Assembly: GCA_010015805.1 (NCBI GenBank)
Contig: ML978123.1
Location: forward strand, 1,798,001-1,862,000
DNA length: 64,000 nt
Origin: Rhizodiscina lignyota
Taxonomy: Eukaryota
Direction: 5' to 3'
Under the pieces are notes generated by a model. That model did no database searches. It was not told where the DNA came from and was given only the letters and a program-made list of their open reading frames with translations. Both the position numbers and the translations under genes were made by a program. How positions within the stretch are numbered: position 1 is the first letter of the stretch; each line of letters begins with the position of its first letter. Positions 1 through 13,706 of the stretch are shown one piece after another.

Positions 1-78
1 AGCTGGAATGTCCATGGCAAGGAGCTGCGCAAGAGTGTCCTGAGTGGCTACGAGGTTGACGTATTCTTTGTGAGCTAG
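1..78 (+). CDS. 3' end of a gene truncated by the window edge (SWNVHGKELRKSVLSGYEVDVFFVS*)
   Basis: Open frame from base 1 to TAG at 76-78 with coding-like codon usage; too short to identify. Confidence 0.35.
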   Translation, partial: SWNVHGKELRKSVLSGYEVDVFFVS

Positions 79-1119
79 GTGCGTATTCAATACGAGGAGC
101 TTAGTCCAAGGTCACAGTGAGCGCGGCTTTTGTCATACGTTAGCGGCAATGGCATGAATAGTTCATCCAACTTCTCCTGCCCTTCATAAGCTGTACTGCT
201 TGCCCGGAGTAGTGCTAAATAAACAATCGGTTAACTTTTCATAAGTCCGTGTAAAAGCGAAAAGCAGATTCCGCGTATAATCTAGTGCAACCTCAACGCA
301 TGAGCGAAGCTACGATGCGGATTTAGAATATTGACGATCGCATTACCTCTACATACAGTAGACGGTTAATGGAAGAAGTTTAAACTCGGTGAATACTCGC
401 TTCCCGCATGCTCTAAGTAGAAAGACCTTAAGCCGTATAGATTTGATGAGTAGACTCTAAAGAGCATCTAAAACATCTCTCGAGTTCGCGTATCGTACAT
501 ATTCTTAGGGTTAGGACAGGGTCTCATTTTATATCCCGTTCCGCTTCTCCGATTTCTCGTTCGTTTGCCGACTCCATATCGTAGTCTCCCAATTATTCCA
601 CAAAGCACTCTGTCTTGTCTTATCTTGACGGCGGGCGGGCGGGCTTTTATTATTCCTCAACTGTTTCTAAATGCTCTTAACGGACTGGATGATTGAAGCG
701 CAGGTAGAGGAGATTATTTCGACTTCTCCGTCATTCATCACAGCCTTCGTCTTTCTCATTGGATCAAAATCACTTAGTTACTTCAGGCCCGCCGCTAAGC
801 TTCAGCTCCCCCGATTAATGTCTCCTTCTACTACAGATCGCTCGGCTTTAGCGGGTTTAGATGGAGCTAGACTCCTACTCATAGTGGTACGGTCTCTGCA
901 TGGTACGCTTGATAGGTATCGGTGGCATGATTCAAAAAGGTAGGAAAGTAGCTTTAGTATCTTCAATGCTTTCGAAGATTATTTATTTCTCTATTTCCTC
1001 AATTCGTCTCCTACAACAGTTTGACTTTCACATCAGGTTCTCGGAAAGCTTGCCGAATATTCGATCGAACTGTTGGCCGAAGGTTTCGCGCTACGATACA
1101 AGTTCATTGATAACCGGCA

Positions 1120-2052
1120 ATGGCTCCGCGAGTATTCCTTATCACCGGCACATCCACTGGCTTTGGCAGTGAGCTCGTCAAGACTGTGCTCTTCAATGGC
1201 GATGTGGTCGTCGCCACCGCACGCAACTCCTCGAAACTCGATTTCTCCTCGCATGGCGCAAACTCGCACACGTTCCTTTCAGTCGATCTCGATGTCACAT
1301 CCAAAGGATCTATTAACGCAGCGTTTGATGCCGCGCTCGAAAAGTTTGGCCGCGTGGATGTCGTGGTCAACAACGCCGGATACGGACTGGCTGGCGAATT
1401 TGAGAGCTTGAGCGAACGGCAGATCAGGACGCAAATGGAGGTTAATTTCTTTGGCCTGATTGATGTCACGAGAAAGGCTTGTGAGGTCATGCGGAACCAG
1501 AAGCCGCAAGGGGGAGTGATACAGCAAATCACGAGCATAGGAGGACAGGTAGGTGTACCGACTTTTACAATTTGTAAGTACACAGTTCTGAGGCCGCAGG
1601 CGACTTCCCAGGTGGGTTGCACTTTGATCAAACATGCTGACGATAGCGCAGATTGTGCATCCAAGTGGGCAGTAGAAGGCTTCACGGAGGCCCTTCAGCA
1701 GGAACTCAAGCCCGAATGGAACATCCACCTTACATGCATCGAGCCAGGCGGATTCAGGACCGACTGGGCCGGTCGCTCCATGGACTTTGCAGAGAACAAG
1801 AACCCAGCATATGATCACATTGATGCAAGAGCGGCGATGGGAAAGAGACACATGCAACAAGCCGGTGATCCGCCAAAGGCAGCGGAGGCCTTCTACAAGC
1901 TCGCTACCATGAAGGACCCGCCGATTAGATGCATTCTTGGCTCGGACGCTTACAGTAAAATCAACCAGAAGCTACAGGATTATAAGGTGAATATAGAAAG
2001 ATTTCAAGAGCTGAGCAATAGCACAGATGTAGATGGCTACAAAGCACCTTGA
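1120..2052 (+). CDS. Short-chain dehydrogenase/reductase (classical SDR), one intron 1574-1651
   Basis: TGTSTGFG cofactor motif and VNNAGY. The YCASK (YxxxK) catalytic motif is restored by splicing GTAAGT...GCTGAC...GCAG. Confidence 0.9.
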   Translation: MAPRVFLITGTSTGFGSELVKTVLFNGDVVVATARNSSKLDFSSHGANSHTFLSVDLDVTSKGSINAAFDAALEKFGRVDVVVNNAGYGLAGEFESLSERQIRTQMEVNFFGLIDVTRKACEVMRNQKPQGGVIQQITSIGGQVGVPTFTICKYTVLRPQATSQVGCTLIKHADDSADCASKWAVEGFTEALQQELKPEWNIHLTCIEPGGFRTDWAGRSMDFAENKNPAYDHIDARAAMGKRHMQQAGDPPKAAEAFYKLATMKDPPIRCILGSDAYSKINQKLQDYKVNIERFQELSNSTDVDGYKAP

Positions 2053-2509
2053 TGGGCAGGAGACACAGATGTCGGTATTAGAGTAGAGTATAAGAGCAAT
2101 CTACGCACTATCAAGTCTATCTTCCCTTGGGCGAGCGAGATAGCCGACCGAGATAGCGATTTCGAGAATACCTGAGAAGCACCTGCATAGAGCGCGCCAA
2201 ACAAACACAGCCCATGATGGAAATTCCTGGATTTCTCACGTTCGCATCAGCCAAATGGGTACCTGTCGCGCGATATTGAATGTGCCCTCCACGCCGAGGT
2301 GAGGCTCCGTCTTTGACAGCGAGACTTTAGCTTTGTGCATGATCCTGAGTGTGGTGCTGCGACAGCGACAGGTTTACTGCACAAATTCCTGAATATCCCA
2401 TGTCCGTGCAAAATGCGCATGGAGACCCCGAAGAATATCGCATGCGTCTTGCGCAGCTTCTAGAGACTAAATCATGATTCGAAGATAAGCGTATAAAACC
2501 CGGTCAAAG

Positions 2510-3553
2510 ATGGAGACTAAATACGTGCAGGAGCGCAGCTTCAGACTTGGACAACAGAAACAGAACAATGCTCAGCTTACGAGAGCTAATAGAGCCGTAC
2601 AAGATAATAACAGCCCAAGTAGCATGAGGAGACACAGCCGGCGAGAAAACGCACGATGAGAGGCCCATCATCGCTGAGGCAAACACATCCTGTCGCGTTC
2701 TTCAACAAGATCCTGAATAATATCGAACGCACGCTTGCTCCGTAAACTGGAGGAATCCTGCCTCCCTGAGTTAGCAAATCCAAATGTGTGGCGCACAGCC
2801 CTCGCAGACTTTGTCATGAGTGCGTCTCCTCCGTGCAGTACTTCAAGTTTCGCAAGTCGCATCAGCCAACATGTATAGAGCCCGAGTTTCCTCAAATACG
2901 CCCTCTGCGCACAAGTCAAGCCAGGTGTTGGATTTAGAAATTCCGACTATGGATAGCCTCAGCATACAGTATCGCCGATGGAGAAGAAGGCTCATAGTGT
3001 AACTTCATGGATTTCCCTAAATGCGTGCAAAGTGTTTTAGTGATCCCGCATAATGTCGAACCTAGGGTGCTGTCGCTATGCTGGAGCGTGCCCGCCGAAT
3101 GCGAGTAGTCAGTGCTGCAAAATTCAAACTGATGGATAAGTCCATATCAGTTCGGGATGATTACATTAAGAGGCTAGAAGAGGAGCTTGAGAACGTCGAC
3201 CGTCAAACACGGAGATTCGAGCCGGCTACCCGCATATTACCTAGCAGTTCAACTTACCTTGTGATGACTAGTAGAAATTAGCGTATTCTCCGCGTCCTAC
3301 GAAGTACGATCCTAATGCTACCCTCGGAGGTTTCAAAGACGCATACGACGAAGACATCAAACGTTCTAAGGAGCTTCTTAACAAGTCCTAGGATATACGG
3401 GACCCGAGTCAAGTCCTTAACCTAACAGCTGAGGAGCAACAAGAGATCGAATCCGCAATATAAATTCAAGAGCAAGATCTTAACGCACCTGTCGAATCTG
3501 AGAAGAGTCGTGACTCAAGCGACACTCCTCAAGAATCAGAAGCCATCGACTGA
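2510..3553 (+). pseudogene. Possible degenerate gene relic with in-frame stops
   Basis: Protein-like segments (DDYIKRLEEELENVDRQTRR; GGFKDAYDEDIKRSKELLNKS*; LTAEEQQEIESAI*) are interrupted by stops. An intron-like stretch lies at ~2999-3065. Confidence 0.3.
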
Positions 3554-3971
3554 ATCGTCTTGTTCAATTACAGCACACAGGTTCTCCACCTCATCTACGC
3601 TTTACAAACAAGCGAAGGCCTACGTCTCTGAGTTAGCAATTACCTTGCGCAGCTTACAGCTTCCTTGGAATTTACCTTAAACGCATTTCCATCATCCTGC
3701 ATCTCAACTTTCGCGAGTCTGCACAATCTGCTTGTGCAGATCCGACTCCAAGCGAACCAAGCGCTCGAATGTTGTTAGTGAAGTCCTCTTAAACTTAGCG
3801 CCGAAAATCGATGCAGAAGGGATCGGTCCCGACGCGAAGTAGATTTGAAATCAGTAGGAGGCATGGAAAATCAAATTTCCCATTGCTATGGACCTATGGT
3901 ACAGTCTAAGCAGTACATATGCACATCATCTGTCGTAGCTTGCAAAGAGACACGGTGGGTAATGGAAAAGA

Positions 3972-5482
<1,511 letters not shown>

Positions 5483-5749
5483 ATTGAATAGCTTGACGAA
5501 GCTCCAAAGTGCTGGGCGAAGGCGTTGTTGCAGTCAATTGTTGGCAGGAGAAGAGGAAGGTTGGTGGACGCGGGCGGGATGAAGCTCTCTGCTCTGCTGC
5601 ATCATCGCGCTAGCGACTGCGCTGAAGAAAAAAGCAAGCAGCCAATCACAGCACACCACAGCGCATCAGATCGGTTGCAGAACTGCCTCCTAAGACTTCT
5701 CCAGACTAACGCGCACAGCACCCTCCACCTCTTACGGCCCACCTTTGAA

Positions 5750-8700
5750 ATGGCCAACGTCGAGGCCACCCTCCTCAACCACTACAAGATCGACTCGCTC
5801 TATCCCGCAGAGTGGCCCGCCGAGAAGGACCAGGAGGACAGCTCAGACGAGGAGGAACAGCCCAAGACCCTCAACGCGAACCCTGTCCGCAGGTCCAAGA
5901 CGCGGTACTCAGTGCTTGAGAGGAATCCGAGGCAGCGCGCGAGCATCCCAGGCTCACAAAAGACAAAGGATGGCGTAGAGAATCTCGTGCAGAAGGACGA
6001 ACCCGATCCGCTCGGAGGAGCAGGCAGCGTTGTTCAGATCCTCCGCGCGCGCGGACTGCCAGTGGAAGATGATTTGAAGCTCAGTATGCATTCCTAGAGG
6101 TTCACATGTGCTTCTATGCTTCGGTTCTAACTTCTTGTAGGGAACCGGTTCCTCCTCTCCTCGACAACCTTCTCTCCCTCCCTCTTCCTGTCGCAAGTTC
6201 ACAACAACGCATCCACCGAATCCCTGCTTCAAGGCCTCGACTTCCTCTCCCGCTCGATCGAACAGAAATCTGCTTCCTTGAAAGTGCTTGTGGAATCCAA
6301 CTTTGAGCGTTTTGTACGTGCCAAAGCGACTATCGACAATGTCTACAAAGAAATGCGTGACCAGGGGGCTGAGGCCAACGAAAGGCCCACCTCTTCCGGT
6401 CGGCCTCCGTCCTCGAGATTCTCACGCCCACAGTCACGGCGAGCGAGCATAAATTCACATTTCAGGAAGACTAGCGGCCCATTCAGTCCCCAGTTCACCC
6501 CAAATTTCGATTCCGGTACTGCCACACATGCGGACAAGAAGAAGAATGCGCTGGTCAAGGAGCAAGAGTACGGCGTCCAACCTATCAAGGCTCCTCTTCT
6601 TGAAGTCGCTGTTAAGGCGGAAGAAGTTTGGGGTCCTGCGTTAGGCGGTCGGGACAAGGAAGAAAACCTCCGAGCAGTTTTATCATCCATCGAAAAGAAC
6701 CGGACGCTTTTCGAGCTAGGAATGTCAATCCAAGAAGCCATCAAGCGCAGAGATCATGACAGTATTGTTGAAGACTACAACAAGGCCCACAGGTATGCTG
6801 ATGCCGCCAAGGACATTGCTGAGAGAGCAACATCGAATGGCATGGCACTGTCCGACCAAGAGATGCACCAAATCATCGTCACAGCCCGGATGTGGTCTGA
6901 TGTTTCTCAACAAGTCGATGCTTTCAAGAGGGATGTATGGAGGAGACTGGCCGGGACGCATTTCACCAAGCAGCCTGCCACTGACGACGACAAGCCTGAG
7001 GAACATATGGAACTGATTGGCGTTCTGCTGGAGCTAGGCGTGGAGGATAATCCAATTTGGGTGTGGCTGCTCAGCCGTTACGACTATCTCAAAGGCAAGG
7101 TATCGGCAACCGCTGAGCGCTCAAGAGTCGAAATTGAAATTCTTCGACGTCGGCTGGCGAACTCAGAGAAGCCCGGACCGAAAGTGGTCGCTATGTATAT
7201 GCGCGCCGCATCAGGAAACGAGACATTCGGCTCGGTCAGTGGGCTGGACTCGCCAAAGATCATTGAATTCTGGGAACATGTCCACAATTCCTTGAAGGCG
7301 CTTCTGGCGATCCAGGGCGGTATACTGGGAGAGGTCATCGAGTTCTGGGAGACTGCCCAGTCCTTTATCGACGGCAAGGCTCAGAGGACACTCCCCAGCG
7401 GACACAACGGAAGCGCTCGTCAGCATCATCACCTATCTGTTGACGGTGTCCGGGAACTAGAGAATGGCGCCATGGCAATTCTCAGTCTCATTCGAGAGAG
7501 CGTTGCATCCTTCTTCGTTGACCCTCCCATCGAGGACATATCGGCCCTATTTTCTCCCATTCCAGAGACACCTGATACTCCTAGAACGCCGAAAACACCA
7601 AAGTCTGCAGCACTCTCTCCTTTCAGCGATTCTCGATTCCGTTTCGACCCTAACAATCTGCCGCCACCTTCGCCACGTCGAGGAGAGTCTTGGGAAAAGT
7701 ACGCCTTCTGGCCGCCGAACTCAAATTCCCTTAGTGGGACGCACTATCTCAGCGCGATGCTCCAGCTCGTCGGTACTGCTGCAAGTGAGATGGGGGCCCT
7801 GCGTCTAGACAGGGACGGCACCAGAGCCAATGAAGAGCTCCGCACCTTCATCGTCAATGTTCGCGACAGATGCACTCAGGCAGCCAACGCCGCCTGGGCA
7901 TTTGATGCGGAGAATTGTGGAAATCTGGAAGATTGGACGCGCTTGGCGCAGCGACCAGAGCTTACCAAAATGCCCTCCAGATTCATGGCGTTTGAGTCAA
8001 GTATCTTGACCGGTATGCAGAAGATTCTCTTCCTCACTGATGCCATAACAAGACCGGATGCGCAGCGAGTGGTACCGCCTCCAAGCGCGAAGCTGCTTCA
8101 AGGCGTGAGAAGCAATTTCGTGGCGAGTTTGTACAAGACTCTTACGAGCATGCTCGAGAATGTCAACAAGCCAAGTACTTTAGAGGACAATGTTGAAGGA
8201 GAGGGTGAGAGTTTAATCGTCCCAGCTCATGCGGCAACCGTTGGAGATACCGTCTCGTATGGTGTCGACTCTACGAAGAAGAACGTCCGCTCCCTACTTA
8301 CCTTGAGCAACCTTTACAATCTCCGGGCAGAGGTCGTTCCTCAACTCATTGCCCAGTTCGAATCGAACTTCTCTGTCCAATTGGCAGATGAATCGAAGGC
8401 AATTGCCGACGTCTTCAGCGAGATCGACTCCCGTTTGTTCCAATCCTATATCAATCCTATTGCGACCAAGATCGCGGGCATCATCAACTCAGGCATACTT
8501 GCCCCTAGCTGGGCCCCTGCTTCGGGCCAACGCCCTACAGATGCAAGGCCTTACGTTTACTCAGTTTTGCTTGAACTCGTGAGCGTGCATACGGAAGTCA
8601 GCACAACAGCGCCACCCTTAACTCCTCTTATTCTCAAGCATTTGCTGGAGGGACTCACGGGGAGCCTCAAGGAGGCCTTCCAAAAGAGACGAAATTACAA

Positions 8701-9018
8701 CCTCGCAGCTCTCATGCAGGCGACCTTGGACGTTGAATTCGTGGCGCAGACCCTGAACAACTACACCACGGACAAAACGAGCGAAATGCAGAGCCAAATC
8801 TACGTGGTGCTCGACTCAAGGACGGACAAGGACGCGAGGATGAGGTTGCAGGACGAGCTGCAGGAGATGAGAGGCATTCTGAAGAAATTGAAGGAGGCAA
8901 CGAGAGGAGAATTGTGAGTGTCTCTTAGCTATGTGAGACAAATGCTGACGATTCCAGTGCTTGCTTCAAGCGTCAACGAGCTGGAGCGGGAAGCCAGAGA
9001 GCACCTTCTCGACCATAA
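5750..9018 (+). CDS. SEC5: Exocyst complex component Sec5
   Basis: LVQKDEPDPLG, RNRFLLSSTTFSPSLFLSQVH, LKVLVESNFERFVRAKATID, LMQATLDVEF. Introns at 6085-6140 and ~8914-8957; ends EFACFKR...SRP*. Confidence 0.9.
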
Positions 9019-9681
9019 TATCCCTGCTACTCCTATGCTCATCTTCTTTCATATCTGGTGGCTGATCTTGCGGTCTCCCAACGGCATCCTGATACTCTTT
9101 GATATAGAGAATTCATATGCATGTTCAAATAGAAGCGAAACTGTTTATGCATCTACTTATACAGATACCCTCCAACTTCATTCAATCGCAAGGTCGCGGC
9201 TTCTCCCGTTCGCCACTCCCCGTTCTGTGCCTGATTCTCTGTAGTCGGGGCAGTCTTTATATGTACCCCGTTGAAGAAGTCCTTACTCTCGTACTGATGC
9301 ATTGTCGTCCACAGCACAAGATTCACTGGCTTTGAACAAGGTGCTCAGTACCTAAATTATAGATGGGTGGGCTTATCTCGCCCGACAGACGAGGAATCTG
9401 CATTCGTCACGTGGGTGGCGGATATCTAGGTACACCCACCTCAGGGGTAACGAAATAGCTGGCCGCCAAGCAAGCTGTAATACCTAAAAGCAGGCTGCTT
9501 TTGCACTTCAAAGAATCGGGAATACCTCTGAAGGTTCGATTGCGCGTTCTTTGGAGTTTTCACGACGATAGCAGCAACATTGAAAGACTTGGATGCTTGG
9601 GTGGCTGTAGAGCCTCTTCTCATTCGCGTATACTATCTTACAAACTTTCAAGAAGGCAGATGGAGAGGGCGCGCGGGCCGC

Positions 9682-10822
9682 TCAGACGAAAGCCAGTTCC
9701 TCCTCCTCGGTATCTTCCAAGGAGCCGACGACCTCCCTGAGCAAGGCAGGGAGGATCGCCGCGACGTCTCCCTGGAAGTACCAGTCTGCTTTGGCAGCGA
9801 ACTGAGCGTTCACCGCCGCCTCTCCATCTGCCTCCTCCCCCGCACCCGATCCCCGCGCCGCAAGGTTGATGATAGCCACCTTGGCTCCTCCCTCCATCGC
9901 CTTGTCGATGTAGTCGCAAGCCGGGCGGACCACAGCCGTGGTCCCGATGACCAGCATTAGGTCGACACCGTCCTTCGAGTACCATGCATCGGCGGCATGG
10001 ACGGCCTTCTCCGCGGGTGCTTCTCCATAGAACACAACGTCCGGCCGAAGGAGCTCCCTGCAGTGAGGGGCTTTGCAGATCGGAAGCTCATCGTACCGAA
10101 TCTCGTTGTTGACGCCTTCCTGCTGCTTGATGGCCAAGGCTGGCACGATTGGGTCTTTGGTGTTGACGGACATGTGGATAGTCAAGGCGTTGTGGCACTT
10201 TAAGTGAAACATGCAGCCGTGAAAGCGGACAAGGCTGTTGGAAGGATGACCGGCTCGTTCGCAGAGACCGTCGATGTTCTGGCTGATTGCGAGGAAGTCT
10301 TTCTTCTTGGCAAGCTCGGCTAGTGCGAAATGGGCCAGGTTCGGCTTGGCTTCCAGCGCGTTCCTGCGTCGGTCCGCCCAGAATTGCCACGAGACGGGGG
10401 CGTTCTCTTCGTCCATAGAGTGTTCGGAGGCGAGCTTCGTTGGATCAAGACCTAGAGGCTACGGTTCGATCAGTTCATTGCGTATATGGAGGGAATGGTT
10501 ACTTGCCTTTCCACAGTCCGTGCTTCCCACGGAAGGTTGGTATGCCAGACGGCACAGAGAGGCCAGCACCCAGAAGAGCAGCGATGCGTTTTGAGTTGAA
10601 GAGGTGGTCGATGAATGAGATGAAGTCTTCGGGATTGAGTCCGAGGTCTAGTGCTGGAATCTGAACGTCTCGGCCGTCACCGCGTCGAAGTGCGATTTCG
10701 TGCTTGAGCAGTTGGTACGCCTTAACACCGGGTGAAGGTGATGGCGGCGATGGTGGCAGAGATGATAGTGGGGACGACGGCGGTGTGCCGGAGCCGTCCG
10801 CGTTATCTTGAGAGTCTACCAT
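9682..10822 (-). CDS. Sir2-family NAD-dependent deacylase, class III (CobB/SIRT5-like), divergent
   Basis: [46 protein letters not shown]. Exons join in frame only through a GC-AG intron at 10452-10506. Confidence 0.85.
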
Positions 10823-12053
10823 CAGGTAATAAGTTGTTCACTTGCTGTGAGGTTGAAAAACGTGCGGTGTGAATTCTTTTTTCGCTAGTTGGTGGGTGCT
10901 TGCGGAATCAAAACAAGTGTGGAAGAGGACGCGGTTGGCGGGAAATAAATAGCAAGAGCACGGACCGCTGTTGTGAATGTTTTTGTGGCAAATGAGTGTA
11001 AGTGCCTAGTTACCCATTGTGCGCTGGCACTCATGGCTGATTAGGCTTCTAAAACGTGTGTAAACACGTTCCATGACATCACTACAGTCCTCTAAGGAAA
11101 CTCATGGATAAGGAAATAAGCATAATTCGGGTGATAGCGATGGGAGATTGGGTTGTTCGTGCACAGCATTGAAGAACCAGATTGGCAGCCTGGCCATTAT
11201 GCTCCCATGTTTACCGGGTGATATAGTGCACTCCATTAAATGTACCTTCTCTTATGTGATGCCTTGTATATGATAACTGTTGCCGTGCGTGTGGCTTGGG
11301 TATGCCTTGGTCCGATGAAAGGCCTTTCATAGCCCAATATACCCTCACAATCTCGACGTGGCCATCGAAGTAGTCTCGCACCAAGCATCCACAGAAGGGC
11401 AATTGCCCAGCTGCATGGAAGGAAGGGACAATATGAATCTATGAACTCAGAAGTTGGATGGAATCTCTGATGAAGGAAAGGGACCTGACTTGCTCGTGAA
11501 CGACAAGGCCTATTTTTGCACGTAATCATCCAGGTCCTGCAATATCAACCATTGGCATGCCATACAACGATACTATTGATTTTTGGAGTGCCATGGATGT
11601 GCAGCTACAAAAACACAGCTGTGTTGAAGTCCAACCAAGTGAAGCGCCAGGGGCGGTAAGTTCCGTGCGCTCTCCCGGCCCGCCACGCTCTATCTTCGGC
11701 GATCGTCCCTTTGGAATGGCAATGGCTTTGTCGATGGCTCACCAGTTCGTCTTGGGCAGTGATATACCATTGAGGGGGAAATGCTCACGCGCCCAATCCC
11801 GCACTGCCCCTGGGCCGTTTGCTGGCAGCTCCAGCTTCACCAGCTCCAGCTGAGCCGCTTCGCTATGACCTGCGAAACGACGTGAATACCAAACGCTCCT
11901 GCCCGTCACTACGTTTGGGACCATCACCGACGTGCAGGAGAAATTCTGCCCGTTCCCTGGCCAAGACTTTCACCTCTACATCTGTGGTGCTCTGGTGACA
12001 GAGCTACTACACTCGTCTTCCGCTGACATCCAAGCGATCCATCGGCCACCGCC

Positions 12054-13706
12054 ATGAATTGGAAGAAGCTAACCGTCAGAGCCGCCAGCATTGCCTATGG
12101 CATGCTCAATCTCGGCATCTTCGTGTTGCTAGCTACGCTAGATGGCTCAACTTTCCGCAAACCGAGTGACAAGGCCAAAAAGGAGCTTGCTGCCGGTACA
12201 CAAGCAGTCCGACCGCCATATCCTACCTTCTGCTAACAAACTGGCTTGTAGCTACGCATAGGCTTTGGGGCCTCACAGCCCAACCGAATGGCATCAAACA
12301 TCACTTCCACACCCTCAGCGATGGCACGAAGCTTCACTACGTGACTGCTGAGCCAGCCAAGACCGCACGTAACCTCATCATCTTCCTCCATGGCTTCCCC
12401 GACAGCTGGGCCATGTGGAAGTATCATCTTTCTTCCACGAAGTTATCTTCCGACTCAACTCTCGTAGCGTTAGATCTTCCGGGATATGGAGGTAGTGACG
12501 ACTTGCCGGAATATGACGCAACAAACATGCTCGAGGCTGTGACACAATTCATCCTGGACATGAAGGCGACATACATTCACGCTAAGGCTGACAGTCCGAT
12601 GGAGAAGGGTCGAGTGATACTAGTCTGTCATGACTGGGGCGCAGTGATTGGCTTCAGATTGGCGAGCGAAGCTCCCCAGGTGGCAGATAGGTTCATCCTT
12701 GCCAGTGCTGTTCACGTTAGTCTCCTTGGTTTTTGAGCGTTGTCGAGAACGACTCACTAATGTTCACATAGCCAGCGCTAGCTATCGCGAACATCAAGAC
12801 TCGTTGGACCACGGTGGTCCAAATGCTTCGCACGTGGAAGCATCGACCTCGATCCGTCAAGCTGCTAAAGAAGGCCGCCGCAAGCCTTTCACCTCTTTTG
12901 AGGCAGCTGAAGAAGTCCGGATATATCTTCGTCTTCAATCTTCCAGCGCCTATTGCCAACGCTTTCGGGCCTCTCGGCAACTATTGGTTCATGCGTCTGA
13001 CGCACGAGTTGGCCGCCGAAGGCAAGAAGTACCTGCTTGAGAGCAGAGAGGCCGCGGAAATGATGGCAGGCTCGCTTGGCCCAAGTATTGAGGAGTGCTC
13101 ATCACCAATGACAAAGGTTCGTGATCATATATGCGTTGCTGTAGATACCATGGCACTTACCAAACTTAGGACGATATCAATATGGAGAAAGTAAACGGCG
13201 AGGGCGCGGTTGAGGACGAAGAGGTCATGGCTTATCCTCCGGCTGTCAAACAACGCGCTCCTACTGGCGGCTGGTCTTCCAAAATCAGAATCTACCGGGA
13301 CGGTCTTCTCACGAAGAGTTGGACGAAATCCATGGATACTCTGTGGTCTCTGACACAAGAGGAACAGTCGGAATCCCTTGCCAAGCGCAGGCGATCAAGT
13401 GCTGGCGCCGCGCTTTTCGATAGTGGTCCTGAAGGATCATTGAAGGCCAAGGTGACGGTGCTGTGGGGCAGTAAGGATCCAGCCGGCGAAGCGAGAGTCG
13501 CTCTCGAAGGGATTGAAGACTACATGTCTCGAGACAGCCAAGTGCTTGTACTTGATGGCACTGGCCATTGGATGCCTGTTGAAAAGAATGGCAAGTTGGT
13601 CATCGAAGAGATTGTGAAATGGGCAGCGGACGGAGAGAGGACAAAGTTGAGGGAGCTAATTAAGCAAGAAGATATGCAAAGTGTGAAGCTTATGGCTGAG
13701 CGATAG
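12054..13706 (+). CDS. Alpha/beta hydrolase, epoxide hydrolase-like (3 introns)
   Basis: HGFPD oxyanion motif, DLPGYG, HDWG Asp nucleophile, LWGSKD and GHW catalytic His. Introns at ~12197-12250, ~12716-12770 and ~13117-13169. Confidence 0.85.

Noticed and set aside
505..515. TTAGGGTTAGG telomere-like motif
   Set aside because: Fewer than two full units; expected by chance in TA-rich DNA.
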